A stretch of DNA of 64,000 nt from Squalus acanthias. Lineage: Eukaryota. Under the pieces are notes generated by a model. The model was not told where the DNA came from. It made no database searches and saw only the letters and a program-made list of their open reading frames with translations. Position 1 is the first letter of the stretch, and the number at the start of each line of letters is the position of its first letter. The position numbers and the translations under genes are program-made. The DNA lies in the NCBI GenBank assembly GCA_030390025.1, contig CM059430.1, forward strand, positions 74,400,001 to 74,464,000, given 5' to 3'. Below, in pieces: positions 25,301 to 37,906 of this stretch.

Positions 25301-26520
25301 GCTGGGGTGGAAAAACACTGAGCCAGTGGCTGTGGTGTATTTGGATTTCCTGAAGGCATTCGATAAGGTGCCACGTCAAATTTTACTGCATAAGATAAGA
25401 GCTCACGGAGTTGTGGGCAATATATCAGCATGGATAGAGTATTGGCTCACTAAAATAATGCAGAGATTCGGGATAAATGAGTCATTTTCTGGTTGGCAAG
25501 CGGTAACTAGTCGGGTGCCGCAAGGCTCGATGCTGGGGCCCCAAATATTTGCAATCTACATTGATGACATGGATAAAGGGATCGAGGGTAATGTAGCCAA
25601 GTTTGCGGATGATACAAAGATCGGTGGGAAAGCAAGTTGTGCAGAGGACTCAAAGAGTATGCAAAGGGATATAGACAAGCTAGGTGAGTGGGCAAACATT
25701 TGGCAGATGGAGTATAATATGGGAAAGTGCGATGATATCCACTTTGGCAGGAAAAATAAAAAAGCCAACTATTTTATAAATGGAGAGAGATAACAACAAG
25801 CTACAATTCAGAGGGACCTGGGGGTCCTTGTGCATGAACTACAAACAGTTAGCATGCAGGCACAGCAATAATCAAAAAGGCAAATGAAATGTTGGCCTTT
25901 ATTTCAAGGGGGTTGGAATATAAAAACAGGGAAGTCCTGCTACAACTGTACAAGGTATTGGTGAGACCACTGCTGCGTACAGTTTTGGTCTCCTTATTTA
26001 AGGAAGGATATACTTGCATTGGAGGCAGTTCAGAGACAATTCACAAGGTTAATTCCAGAGATGAGGGGTTTGACTTATGAGGAAAGGTTGAGCAGGCTGG
26101 GCCTATACTATTTGGAATTTGGAAGAATGAGAGGTGATCTTAGCGAAACATATAAGATACTGAGGGGGCTTGACACGGTAGATGCAGAGAGGATGTTTCC
26201 CCTTATGGGGAAATCTAGATCTCGTTGGCTCAGTCTCAGGATAAAGGGTCGACCTTTTAGAACTGAGATGAGGAGGAACTTCTTCTCTCAGAGGATCGTA
26301 AATTTGTGTAATTCTCTGCCCAGAGAGCTGTGGAGGCTGAGTCATTAAATACATTTAAAGTGGAAATAGACAACTTTTTTCAAGATAAGAGAGTGAAGGG
26401 TTATGGGGAGAGGGCTAGGAAGTCGCTTTGAGCCCTAGATTAGCCATTTTCTTATTGAATGGCGGAGCAGGCTCGAGGGCCCAAAAGGCCCATTCCTGCT
26501 CTTATTTATTTTGCTCTTAT
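22191..26520 (+). mobile_element. Near full-length decayed CR1 LINE inserted in the R2 5' region
   Basis: ORF1 zinc finger/leucine zipper plus esterase (VVIGDSIVRG, VGTNDIG); ORF2 endonuclease (LYLNARSIRNK) and RT (VPQGSMLGP, KFADDTKIG); CR1 3' tail. Confidence 0.95.
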
Positions 26521-26579
26521 TTTCTAGAAAATGTGTTTCGCTCAGCCAGCAGGGAACTGGATCTCCACAGATCACCGTT

Positions 26580-26754
26580 ACTATTTTGATTTCTTTCAGC
26601 AGTCGTTTATCAAACACCGACGTATTGTTCCCAGTTGGACCGCGTGGCAATAGGACTCACTGTGATCGAGAAATCTGAAGGACCAAAGCTAATGTAACTA
26701 CCTTCCCAGGTACGGATTATTACCGCCCTTAAGTGAGTCATAGTTACTCCAGCC
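26580..26754 (-). ncRNA. Putative HDV-like self-cleaving ribozyme at the R2 5' end, including a 28-nt 28S rRNA-derived leader
   Basis: GGCTGGAGTAACTATGACTCACTTAAGG matches 26/28 to the 28S sequence upstream of the R2 site. Pairings GTAACTA/TAGTTAC, GCTGGA/TCCAAC and GACTCACT/AGTGAGTC; CTGGGAAC and GCTGA elements in HDV-like order. Confidence 0.65.
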
Positions 26755-27186
26755 ACTTCCTTCACTATACCCGCTGTGTGGCTCGAATTGGTCTATTTCC
26801 TTATGCGAAAACAGCATTGCCCTTCCTGATGTCATATCTGCCAGTAATAGACCCTTCTATGCGTCAAAGAAATTGGATGATCACGTTCGGTTGCAACGTA
26901 CTCTCAGCTCCTGGGCAATGACATAATTGCTGAAAATTCTTCTATAACCTGCGGTGGGTCATTCCCTCTTGTAGCAGCTGCCAATTCTCTGCCCCATCTA
27001 CTTGCGCCCAAAACACTATTTGTTTAAAGGCGGAAGACCGAACATTTTGGAGCAGATTAGCAGTCAGCGTTAGGGCCTACGCGCATGGTGAATGCACGTA
27101 CACTGCACTTCTCTTTATGTAATGTTGCACTGGAAATGCAAGTCACAATGGATCAACGAAGGCCTGGAGTCAGATGGAAAAATAAC

Positions 27187-27962
27187 GGCCCTGATTTTGT
27201 TGTGGTAATGACGGCGAAACTCTCAGCGTTCGCCGGCATTATTCCTCAGAAATTGACAGCAACTTCTGGAATCAGCGTATGCGCAATAAACGCTGAAATC
27301 GAGAAGTTGCTGTCAGTCATTACTTGCTCCTCGACAGTTTGCGCTGTGGAAATCCCAAGAGCGTGAAATCAATTCAACTCACAGTTCCTGGCGAAAACCT
27401 CCGCTATTACGCTGCAATATTGCTATTAACCATCCCCACCTTTACCCCACTACCCAAAAAATGTTAAGCCTTGATGAAAAAGTTGTAACTGGATTTTTAC
27501 CAGACTTTTGACTGCTGAACAACCGTTCCTTCCTGAAAAACTACATTTATACTTGTGGAATGCCTTTTTTTTCCATTAATATGATATGAATTACAAGAAT
27601 TTTCACTTACTATATTTTCAAAGTGTTTGTTAATGATATTTCAGCTATTACTTTCATCCTCGTTGCAGTTGACAATCTTCATTGTTCACTCTTTAAAATG
27701 TATATATAGTAAGTTAGAATCTGTGCATTTTACTTCCTGGTTTGGTGTCTGTGAGAATTCTTCAATCTGATTGGCTGCTAAGCCTGCTTGATGCCATCAC
27801 TGTTGCTGGACGCCGGAGATACGTTTGATTTGGCGCCAGATTCAAACAACAGTCTGGAAAACAGAAATTCACGCCACAAAGATCGGTAGAAATTTGTGGG
27901 CAGCTTTTTTCGAGGTCAGCGGTGAGTGCTGTCACTTCGGCGCTGACCGCAAATTCCAGGCC
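27187..27962. mobile_element. Older Harbinger-like MITE, family 3
   Basis: Ends GGCCCTGATTTT / AAATTCCAGGCC; GC-rich arms around an AT-rich core; TSD not clear. Confidence 0.6.
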
Positions 27963-28061
27963 GTATACATTTGATTTTGACTTTAGCACACATACGTATC
28001 CACATAATGTTCATTTTGATTGTTAAAAATAAATGGCATAAAGAAGGTATTCCAAAAACTA

Positions 28062-29510
28062 TAATAAGAACATAAGAACATAAGGAATATGAGCAGGAGA
28101 AGCCCATATGCCCCATCGAGCCAGTTCCACCATTCCATAAGAACATGGCTGAACATCTACATCAACTACACTTGCCCACGCTAACACCATATCACTTGAA
28201 TCCCTTAATAGCCAAAAATGTTCTATCTCAGTCTTGAATATACTCATCAACTTAGCATCCATAGCCCTTTGGGGTAGAGAATTTCAGAAGATTCACAATG
28301 CTCTGAATGAAGAAATGTCTGCTCATCTCAGTCCTTAATGACCGACCAATAATCCGGAAACTCTAATCCAAAGTTTTCGACGAAGGGTTTCGACCTGAAA
28401 CGTTAACTCTGTTTCTCTCTCCACGGATGTTGCCTGGCCTGCTGAGTTTTTCCAGCGTTTTCTGTTGTTTTTTTTCGAATCTCCAGGCTGGGTAACCAGC
28501 CTCTCAACATCTGCACTGTCAAGCCTTCCAAGAATTTTATAATTTTCGAAGAGATCACCTCTTATTCTTCAAACTCCAGAGAATGTAATCCCATTCCATG
28601 CAATCTCTCCTCGTAGCTCCCCCCTCTCTTCCCAGGAACCAATCTAGTGAGCCTTCGTTGCACCCACTCGAAGGCAAGTATATCCTTCCTAAGGAAAGGA
28701 GACCAAAACCATACACAGGTACTCCAGGTGTGGTCTCACCAAAGCCCTATATAATTTAAGCAAGACGTCTTTACTCAAATACGTCAACCCATTTGCAATT
28801 ATGGCTAAAGGTCCATTTTCCTTCCTAATTGCTTGTACCTGCTTGTTAACTTTCCGTGATACATACACAGGGACCCCCAAATCACTCTGAACACCAACAT
28901 TTAAATGTCTCTCACCTTTTAAAAAAAATTGCTTTTCCATTCTTCTACTCAATGTGGATAATTTCACACTTCCCATATTATACTTCATCTGCCACCTTCT
29001 TGCCCAATCACTTAACAAGTCTACCTTCCTTTGCAGCCACTTTGCGTCCTCCTCACAGCTTACCTTAATTTGTATTGTCAGCAAATTTGGATATATTAAA
29101 CTTGGAGCTCTCATGTAAGATATTGATATAGATTGTAAATAGCTGAGGCCTATGCACTAATATGTGTGGCACTCCAGTAGTTACACGATGCCATCCCATA
29201 AATGAACGTTTATTTCTACATTCTGCTTTTTGTCTGTTAACCAATTCTTACTCCATGCTAATATATTACCCCCAATTCCAAGAGTTCTAATCCTTGGTAA
29301 ACAACTTATTGTATTGCACCGTATCGAATGCTTTCTGAAAATCCAAATATACTACAACCACTGGTTCCCCCTTATCTGCCCTGCTAGTTAAACCCACAAA
29401 AACTATAATACATTTGGCAAACACGATTTCGCATTCATAAAACTATGTTGACTCTGCCTAATCATTTTGTGATTTTCCAAGAACCCTGTTACCAAGTCAT
29501 TATTAATCAT
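28062..29510 (-). mobile_element. CR1 3' fragment containing a Penelope pLTR (~28370-28475)
   Basis: (cataagaa)n tail; RT C-terminus LYRALVRPHLEY; pLTR gacgaagggtttcgacctgaaacgttaac. Confidence 0.85.
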
Positions 29511-30169
29511 TCACCTCAATTGTTTGCGTTCGAGCTCCTGAAATCAAAGTCAAAACATATCTACAAATAGAAGTTAGATTTATAAATAGAGAACATTGGT
29601 AGATTGGATTGGTGTCTTGTCCTGAACAACAATGTGTGGACAATTAAATTGCATTTCTCTGAATAATACGCGAGATTTCGTCATGTAAATTACATTTTAA
29701 TTTGAAGCCATTTTACACGGACACCATTTTGGCAAAATATTCATCACTATATGAATATAAGTTGCTGCTCAGACATATTTTAGCATATTTGCTACAAATC
29801 TAAACCGAATTATTTGAGAACTCTAAATTTTGTCCCCACTTCTCTCAAGAATAATTTACACATCCATTGTTAAGAAAATTCACGGGGCATGCAATTAATA
29901 TATTTTTTCAGGCATTGTGCTTATCGATCATATAAATGTCATCAGATGAAGCGTTGTTGAGGCTATGAAACGTTAAACAGTGTGATGTCTGAAACTGTAA
30001 TTCTTCGAAAGACAACAAATACATCTTTTCCAAAAAATTATACAAGTATAATTGCAGCGAAGATCGTTAAAAGAACAAATTGCATTAATGCAGGACGCTC
30101 AGGAATTTTTATCTAATTCAAGTAATGAAATGTTGGTTTAGCTGAATGAGAATAAAAACAGATAAGTTG

Positions 30170-30790
30170 AGGTCGGGCAAAAGTGCAGGCGAATGATACG
30201 GTTTTCGAATATTTTTGAGCACAGACGGCAAGAGTAAGCCAGGAAGATAGTGTATTCCGAAGGGAAGACACGCTTTGCTTAAAACTGCTATCCTCAGTTG
30301 TGGATCGGAGGAGGAGATAACAAGGAGAAACGAGATATCAGAGGAGTAGCGGCTGCTTGTGAGATGTATGGTTGGAGGAGTTCACTAAAGTAGAGTGGGC
30401 GCGACCAGGGAAGGATTTCTGGATGAGGATGTGGATTTTGGGACCCAGGGAACCTCTGGAACTCGAAAAGGATGGAATTCGGGAATAATAACATTTTGTG
30501 GGCGAGAGTACGGATTCCAATGTTCTGACCGATTTGAGTTTGATGGAGAGTGGAACCAGAGTTACGATTGGAGATGTTTTGCGATATCGAACTGAGTTAT
30601 TTGATAGACATGCGACAGGCGTGAGGTAGGGAGTGTATGAGGTAACAGTAGACAGGAGGATATCTCTTGCGGGAGTATATGAAGAGGGTGCTGAATGGAG
30701 GACGAAGATGTTGAGGGGATCCACGTAAGTCGTCTTGATATCACAATAGATGTGAATGATGAGGCTTAGCTTACTTCGCAGTTAAACTAT
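30170..30790 (-). mobile_element. Decayed LINE fragment (L2/CR1-like)
   Basis: Pyrimidine-rich minus-strand remnants such as TKCYYSRI and LLQP; not firmly assigned. Confidence 0.45.
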
Positions 30791-31617
30791 AAACTCAGGC
30801 ATTGCAGATGATGATTCATACTATGACAGAATCTGCTGCGGTTACTGGATTCAAGCGCTACAAGAGGAAATAATCTTTTTCTGACATTAAATGTAGAAAT
30901 GTCTCACGAGGGCCTGAATATTAGAAATGGGAAGATCTGTCTTTGGAGCAATATGCTCTGTGGCGAAGGAAGCTGGGTGTCGAGTGTGTATCTGATCCCG
31001 ATCCTGTCCTGCTGGATCTTTATGCAATGAGATCGCACATCAAAAATGTTCAGATGGGGAATTATGGATGGAACACTGCGCTAATCGCTAAATAATTGCA
31101 TGGGCAGAGGGCGAAAATGCCTTAGAATAGATTGACTAATAATATTTGCATAAAAACAGCCAGTTCTGAACACAAGCAAAAAAAAAATAATCAACAGGTA
31201 AGTCACGAATCAGTCAGCAACTGTGGAGAGAAGAGCTAGATTAACAATTGGGTCTTGGTTCATCTTGTGAATACAAGAATGGAATATAAACATTTTCATA
31301 TAACGCGGTAAAATGTGAGTGAGTGGGTGGGCGGGGACAAATAAACACAGGGAGGAACTAGTGTTGGAATGATATTAGGATGAAATTAAATTTCATCTGT
31401 CAGGAAATTTAATGAAATATTAAGAAATTAAAGACAATAAACAAAGAAATAACCCGTGATCATTTGGTGCAGTAAATGTCTTCCCAAGGAGAAAAACGCG
31501 AAAGCAGGAGAAAGGGAAATACAAATAAGGAGATTCTGCACTTAGTTAACGGCGGAAGTATATTCCCGAGAAACTATACGATGACATCGGACATTACACG
31601 AAAAACTAGAGAATAAT

Positions 31618-32362
31618 GGCCCAGAAATTGATCTCGCTCTGTTCCCGCGGGGGTAAGGCTTTCCCGCGATCTCTCACCTCGCTTGTGCTTTTTCAGATCC
31701 AGCTCGCACGAACTTGATGTTCTGGAGATCAGCTGGGCAGTGCTTGCGTATCCCAGCGGCGCAGTGAATTCGTGCGAGCTGTGGGATCACGTGACTCAGT
31801 TAGAGCCAATGGCAGCACACCATCTTCCATTCATAAGTTTCACTGCACAGAAGTGAAATCGATGAATCTTACACCCCCCCAAAATAACAGCTAAACCTCA
31901 ATTAAATTTTTTTAAAAAACCATCACATTAATAAAATAAGTATAGTTAATTAAATTAACCATTTTAAATAAAAAATTAAATTTTTGAAAAAATTTAAAAT
32001 CTTTTAAAAAGTTATAAAAATAAACTTACCTGTCTTTAAAGTCTCTAAAAAAGATATACCTGTTAAAAAAAATTCAAAAAAATACTTAATTCACTACTTA
32101 CCTTCTTAAAAGTGGGTCTTACTCCTCCTTTTTACATTTCCAAAATCTTCCGTACTTAACTGCGCGTCCAAAGCATGAAGTGCACAGCGTGCGCGCAGCC
32201 TGTAGCGCGCACGTGATTGCACCGAGGACCCGCCCCCTTTTCAGAAGAGCAATTGCCGGTTTTCAGCGCATGCGCAGGGCCTGCAGAAAACCGGCAATTG
32301 GAGTGGGAATACGCGAGAGTACACAGTGCGTACTCTCGCGTCCCGGTATCAATTTTCGGCCC
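31618..32362. mobile_element. Harbinger-like MITE, family 1 (second copy)
   Basis: Near-identical to 548-1289; ends GGCCCAGAAATT / AATTTTCGGCCC; TSD AAT (31615-31617, 32363-32365). Confidence 0.9.
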
Positions 32363-35300
32363 AATATAGTGCTTCACCGTGTCCAACTTGATGAAATGGT
32401 GAAAGGGGATGGGAGCAGTGTTGACAGTTGCAAAGAAGCCAGTTATTACTTTGGTTCACACACCTTGTGTGATTTGGAAGCCAGAATCAAGCGTTTCCAA
32501 TAAATAATGGTGGAAGACAGCAACTTTTTCAAAGAATTAGTTAAAGAAGGAAAGTCTGCAGAAAGCGCAGTAGCGGAGTATATTGGACAAGCAACGTAAA
32601 CGCATCTGTGACTGACAAATAGCTCGAATCTTTTCAGCGTATCACCGTTTGCCTAATTTAGATGCTGGTCTTCCCCGCTGCGTATAACCAGATAATCTAT
32701 GATGTTGCTGCTGCCTGATGGTCCAATGATAGCAGGAGCACCGCAATAATTCCCCTGCTGTTTTTAGAATCGTGCCCTGGGATCTTCTGTGTAACACTGA
32801 TCAACCAATGGGAGCCTTGGTTTCTCGTCTTATCTGAACCACCGCACCTGGGACAATGCAACATATCCTGAGCTCTGCACCTGGATATCAATCTACATTT
32901 TAGGATCCGGTCAAGCAGTGAGTCTTCAAGACATTACCGACTGACTTAACTTAAGAGTGCTACAGCGGAGTAAGGAAGTTAAAGATTGAAATGGCTGCAA
33001 GATTCGAGTAAACACCGTTTACTCAATTTCTTCTTGATTTCAGCCGAAGTTACAGGAAGGCCTTTAATTTGCTGTGCACTTGCGCGCAGAGACACGCGTA
33101 CTCAGGCCACAATCCAATTACACGGTTTAAAAGATTGATTAAGTTTGGGCTTTATTGAGTTATACGTGTAATTACAATATGCCCTAATCTCTACGATTTT
33201 TTAATGCTGTTTGTTTATCCCTCCACCGGATTGCATCTCCGCCCATATTAATAGCGCCACTACAAGCTACTGAGAATTATACACGAATTTCTTGAAATTG
33301 CGCTTGTTCAGAGGCTCTCTTACTATGTCGACCGGATTCTAAGGCGCACCAGGAAACAAAATCATTTTTCCGGAGCTTTAGTCCAAATTTTGAGGTTTTT
33401 TTAATTATCCACACTGAGACCTGCATTGTATTTTCCGGTTCTGTTATTATTACGGTATCAGAATAAATCTGTTTCAAAATGGAAAAGCTTGCCGGTGGCA
33501 GGTTCTTCAACTCGCTGCGTTTTGTGCACGAATGATGGTTGAAGCAGACGGAACTTTATTTGGACAAGCAGTATATAGCGTGAGTTCCGTGCTTTTCTTG
33601 TGCCTCGATACTTTACGCTGATTTAAGCCCATTTTACGATCTTGCATATTCTAATGACATTGGCAGTAAAGTTGAACGTGACAGCCTCGGCAGAATGGAA
33701 ACGGGAATGGGGCCATTTACAGGTCTAATTTCCGGGTTGAGCACGTAGAAGTATTTTTCAGGCCGTCGGCCGAAATCGTTGACAAAGTTTTTATAATAGG
33801 TTGATATTGTGCAATGCACACAATGAGCTTTATTGTTACGGGCCCCTGTTGACACTCTGCTATAATAAAATGATAAGTTGCATGTGGTAGGGGACGTGCT
33901 CTCCGCGTATAGGAGAGACCCTTGACGCAAAACTGAGGAAATATCTAGTGCTGACCTGATATTTGTACGAAAGGAAGGAAGGAATGTCACATTATTCCTA
34001 AAATGGTAAAACACATCTAATTCCAGAGATGTATTTTCTAGTTGTTTCAACCTATTAAGCGACCTGGATTCATAACCCTGAGCAGAAGAGTTCAAATAAA
34101 AGTTTGATAATTTAATTCAGTTTTAAAAGTTTGGAATTAAATCATCATTATCATTAACTGCGATCAGGAAGCAGTTGAATTGTTGTGAACATTCAACTGA
34201 TTCAATAATGTCCTTTAGTGAAGCAAACCTGCTGACACGACCCGTTCTGTCCTGTATGTGACGCAAGTCCCAGAACAAAATGATTCAATGTTAACTGTCC
34301 GCTGAATTGGGGTAGCAAGCCACTAATTTGTAGCTAACCGCTATCAGCTGTTCAAGAAGAAGGCCCACCAGCACATTCTCAGGACACCAGAGGTGAGCAA
34401 TTAATATTGGCCATGTCAACGACACCCACATCCCGACAATGAATAATAAATTAAATGTGTGCTCTAGAACCAAATCTACTTTTTCCAGCATCCACTTAGA
34501 CCGCAACTTGTTCGCTTAATATTGAGAAGCGCATGTAAATAAAACTTGTTCGAGGCAGATTGTGGAAGAGAACCAGACGAAGCCTGCACAGCATAAACAG
34601 TTTCGGTACGATGACTTGGGAGATGTCAGGTTACATCATCCGGCAAACAGAACGGGATGGGTTAATTTTTAACAGCGTAGAAAGGCAGGGTAACAATAAT
34701 GGACTTTATGGGCCGGTAGAAATCCATTGCGGCGTTCGGAGTTATCACCGGTATTGTTTAATGTAAAAGGGTCAATGTTGCAACTTTAATTCAACGTGCT
34801 TTCACCTGGTTAGCTCGAAGGAACTAAAAACCTTGTGTGACCTCCTGAATACAACAATTGGTCGTTGAAAATATTATGATTGTTTTATTAATAAAGTTTA
34901 AAGTGAACAATATATCCGACAATTTAAAATCGGTGCGAGAGTTTCTAAACGTTTCAGTCCTTATTCTATATTTCAATGCTGGCAGAATAAATTGTGTTTT
35001 CTACAGAACAGGGAAAAATCAAGACTAAATTAAAAATAGTTAAAACAAATTCATTAGAGTGCAAATTCTGAATGCTTTAGTTGACGTTTGGAACAAAAAT
35101 GCGGGAAAAATAAATGACCTCACCCGATCTTCATGCTGAAGAGTATTTACTGAATTTATCTTGCCGCCTGTTGGAAAATAAAATTAAAATGAATCGCAAG
35201 AAGGACGTGCTATTTCGGTTCATCATCAGGCCAATGAAATCAAATATAATTCGGTTAGCTGCAGGTTAAAATTGGGCCACATTTTCACGTTTTATCTCAA

Positions 35301-36599
35301 GAATTTTAATGTTACGTTCACGTTGATGACGTTGTGCAAACATAATTGCAGCCATTAAATTCAATGATAGAGATCTAGAACTCCACGAATAGGGTTTAGC
35401 AATCTGCAGCTACGAACCTTCTAAGTTTTAAGCACGATCTAATATTTGAGTTGACGCAAGATGTATGTTTGAAAATATTTTATCATCAACCCGTCAGTCA
35501 GATTGTGCCATTCAGCAGCTCCGCACGCAAAGATGTTATCAGTAATCAGTACTTTTAGCCTATACCTACGTGCAAGGTATTTGTTTCAGTATCAATAATA
35601 CCATTCACTTCTAATTTAGATAACGTGTTATAATGTACTGTCAGAAAGTCAATGATCAAGAAGGTGGTGAGTTCATACCTTTGGATGTAATGAATGGAAG
35701 TCCCTTCACAGTCATAATGGTCAACGGTATAATTATCACCGCACCCCCGCTACATCCTGCGATCAGATCAACACTGATTTGAGAGACAAACTCCATCAGA
35801 TTGTGATAAAATCAAAATTAGAAACTGTGGAATGTAAAACGGATATACAGAGGTTTAAATGTCTTAAATATATTTCCAAAGATACTCCTATAAGAATAAA
35901 ACAACGTGCATAAAGACTCACTAGATCGATTTCTTTATCTCTGTATTCAGGAGATATGTATGAAAACGTAAACAAATAGTTTGAAACACCCAGTAGTTTG
36001 GATAAATAGCAGCAATGCGAAATAAGAGGAAGAAAACCAAACCGAATGCTCGTGTTATACTTGACGAGATAAAGCGCATTGGATAAGAATTGATTACATG
36101 TCGCAAAATGGAGATTCGTTTTGGGTGTTTTCTCTGATCAGTATACAGCACAACCACTGAAAGACGAAATATTACAAATTCGTTCGAGATTCTCTTTGCA
36201 GCCAATCTTCAGCAAGGCTTTTTACAACTTTGCACAAAGGCGAACAAATTAATTATTATTCCATATTTTGTATAGTGTCGAGGGAGCCGCACTGTGCATC
36301 TGATGATGCCTGGACTGAAATTGGACTGCTTGGTGGCTGCAGAATGTGAAGGTCTTCAATTACCAACTCCACCCCTCCACTCCACACAAACTTTTCTGGT
36401 TTCTCGCATCAAAGCTCACCGTGCTCCCACTTCGTGAGCTTGCAATGTTATGACAGTTAGTCTGAATTATGTAAGCAATGCTCAGAACTGGTTTCCACTA
36501 TTAGCTAAATTGCTTACGTCCAACTTAATTCTCATCTGATTGAAATAACCAACATGCGATGGAATCTCGATTAAAGTACCATGTGAGTTATACTATTAC

Positions 36600-36905
36600 C
36601 TTCGTTAGCAACGGTGCAGCTGGCATTAGCTGGAATTGAGTTAGAAACGTGATGTACTTGACAGGTGTAAATTGTGCCGCGCACGATTGGCTGTGTGTCC
36701 TCTAAGGAGCTGATAACTTCATACAAAGCCTCTGTCTTTGCGTGTTGTTCATTTCTAAATCCAGTCAGGATTGTGGTACCATTTTTATGCCAGGTGAGGT
36801 TAAAGTTTTTCGGGTAAAAAGCAGCCGTTCTGCACTGGAGTCTCAGAGAAACGGATGAAGCCCCTTCGGATGGTACGGATACAATTATCAGGTGAGCGGG
36901 GGAAG
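36600..36905 (-). pseudogene. C1-set Ig domain exon of the receptor pseudogene
   Basis: CxxxxFYP, W and YTCQVHH motifs; 306 nt, phase 1-1; donor G|gtaata. Confidence 0.9.
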
Positions 36906-37164
36906 CAAAATGGTAAAGAACGTAATTCAGATAAAGCAAAACATCTGACCTGTATTCTATCAACTCTTTGATTTCATAAAATGACAAACTGCTCATTCGG
37001 GGCATCATAGTTGTATTGATAATCATTAAGCATCCTGGAGCACCATCTAAGCATTCGTTCACTGTAGCTAGATTTTCCTCCCACACGGAATTGACATATT
37101 AACGGTATATTAATAAAATTGATTTATAGCATTGGATCTTTTTTTGTTAATACTACTGTTGTTA

Positions 37165-37906
37165 ATATTAATATTTTCCAATCGGAGTCTTCCTGCGTGC
37201 GGAGGCCTCCGATCTGGAAACAATTTACGCCCTTACAAGAGGGCTCCAGAGAACGGCCATTTCCGCTCCTGGGCCTCAGCTCAACGAAATACGCAGGGTA
37301 CAGGTATCCCAGGGGCGCATGCGGTTCACAAGCGTCCCTGGGATCATGTGGGCAATGGGGAAGCAATGAAAGAAGGGAATCTCCCTTCATTCTTTTGACA
37401 GCTTTGACCTTTCAAAAGTATGAATGGAGATCAATCCAAAAATACATCAAAACATTAAATACATTTTCAAAAATCACTTTTTTAAATTATTTAAAATTTC
37501 ATTAAATTCAGTGTTTTAAACAGAAATTTAATTCTTTGAAAAATATATTAAATATTTTTACGGGTGTAGAAATAAAATTACTTTTTAAAAATTATATTTT
37601 AATTATAAATGAGTGAAGAATAAAAAAAAAATCTTCTGCTGGTGAAAGCATGCATTACCCCTGCTTTTACCAGGCTTAAGATTTTTAATTGATTTCAGCG
37701 AGCGGGGGTTCTGCAGAAAGCGGAATGCTCCACCCGCAGAGGCACTACTCCAGGGCAGGCGTGCGATCTGTCAGGAGGATTTTCGACTGATCCAAAATAC
37801 CGGTTTTGTGCGCAGGCTCTTGGAATGCCTGAAACCTGCACTTGGGAGGTCACTACGGCTGTGTACACAGATCGTACACACACGCAGGGATCGGAAAGTA
37901 CGTGCC
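37165..37906. mobile_element. Harbinger-like MITE, family 2 (decayed), in the receptor V-C1 intron
   Basis: Similar to 11167-11907; right end GATCGGAAAGTACGTGCC. Confidence 0.75.

Larger units (their letters stand above)
16697..26754 (-). mobile_element. R2 non-LTR retrotransposon, end-to-end but decayed, outside rDNA, interrupted by nested insertions
   Basis: 28S leader at 26727-26754. Zinc fingers KGDYHATACHYRK (~21584-21622) and YQCTIRHKTFNTHSGLSQHEWHR (~21478-21550). RT motifs NWRTITIGHILLR, AVVFLDLAKAFDSVAH, QGD.LSPLLFN. CCHC knuckle CRNCGAAKENLSHITGSC followed by RHN (~18326-18420). Restriction-like endonuclease PDI..FQNGDDVAVVDVTIRYE. ORF stop at 17147. 3' UTR pseudoknot. Confidence 0.92.

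Noticed and set aside
26727-26754. 28S rRNA gene or rDNA pseudogene
   Set aside because: Only 28 nt match and neither flank continues as rDNA; explained as the R2 leader.
26755-26780. GCGGGTA in the R2 5' flank, resembling 28S sequence further upstream
   Set aside because: A 7-nt match with wrong spacing; compatible with chance.
35921-36205. Hydrophobic minus-strand ORF as the TM exon
   Set aside because: No convincing acceptor; 35679-35801 fits better in phase and composition.
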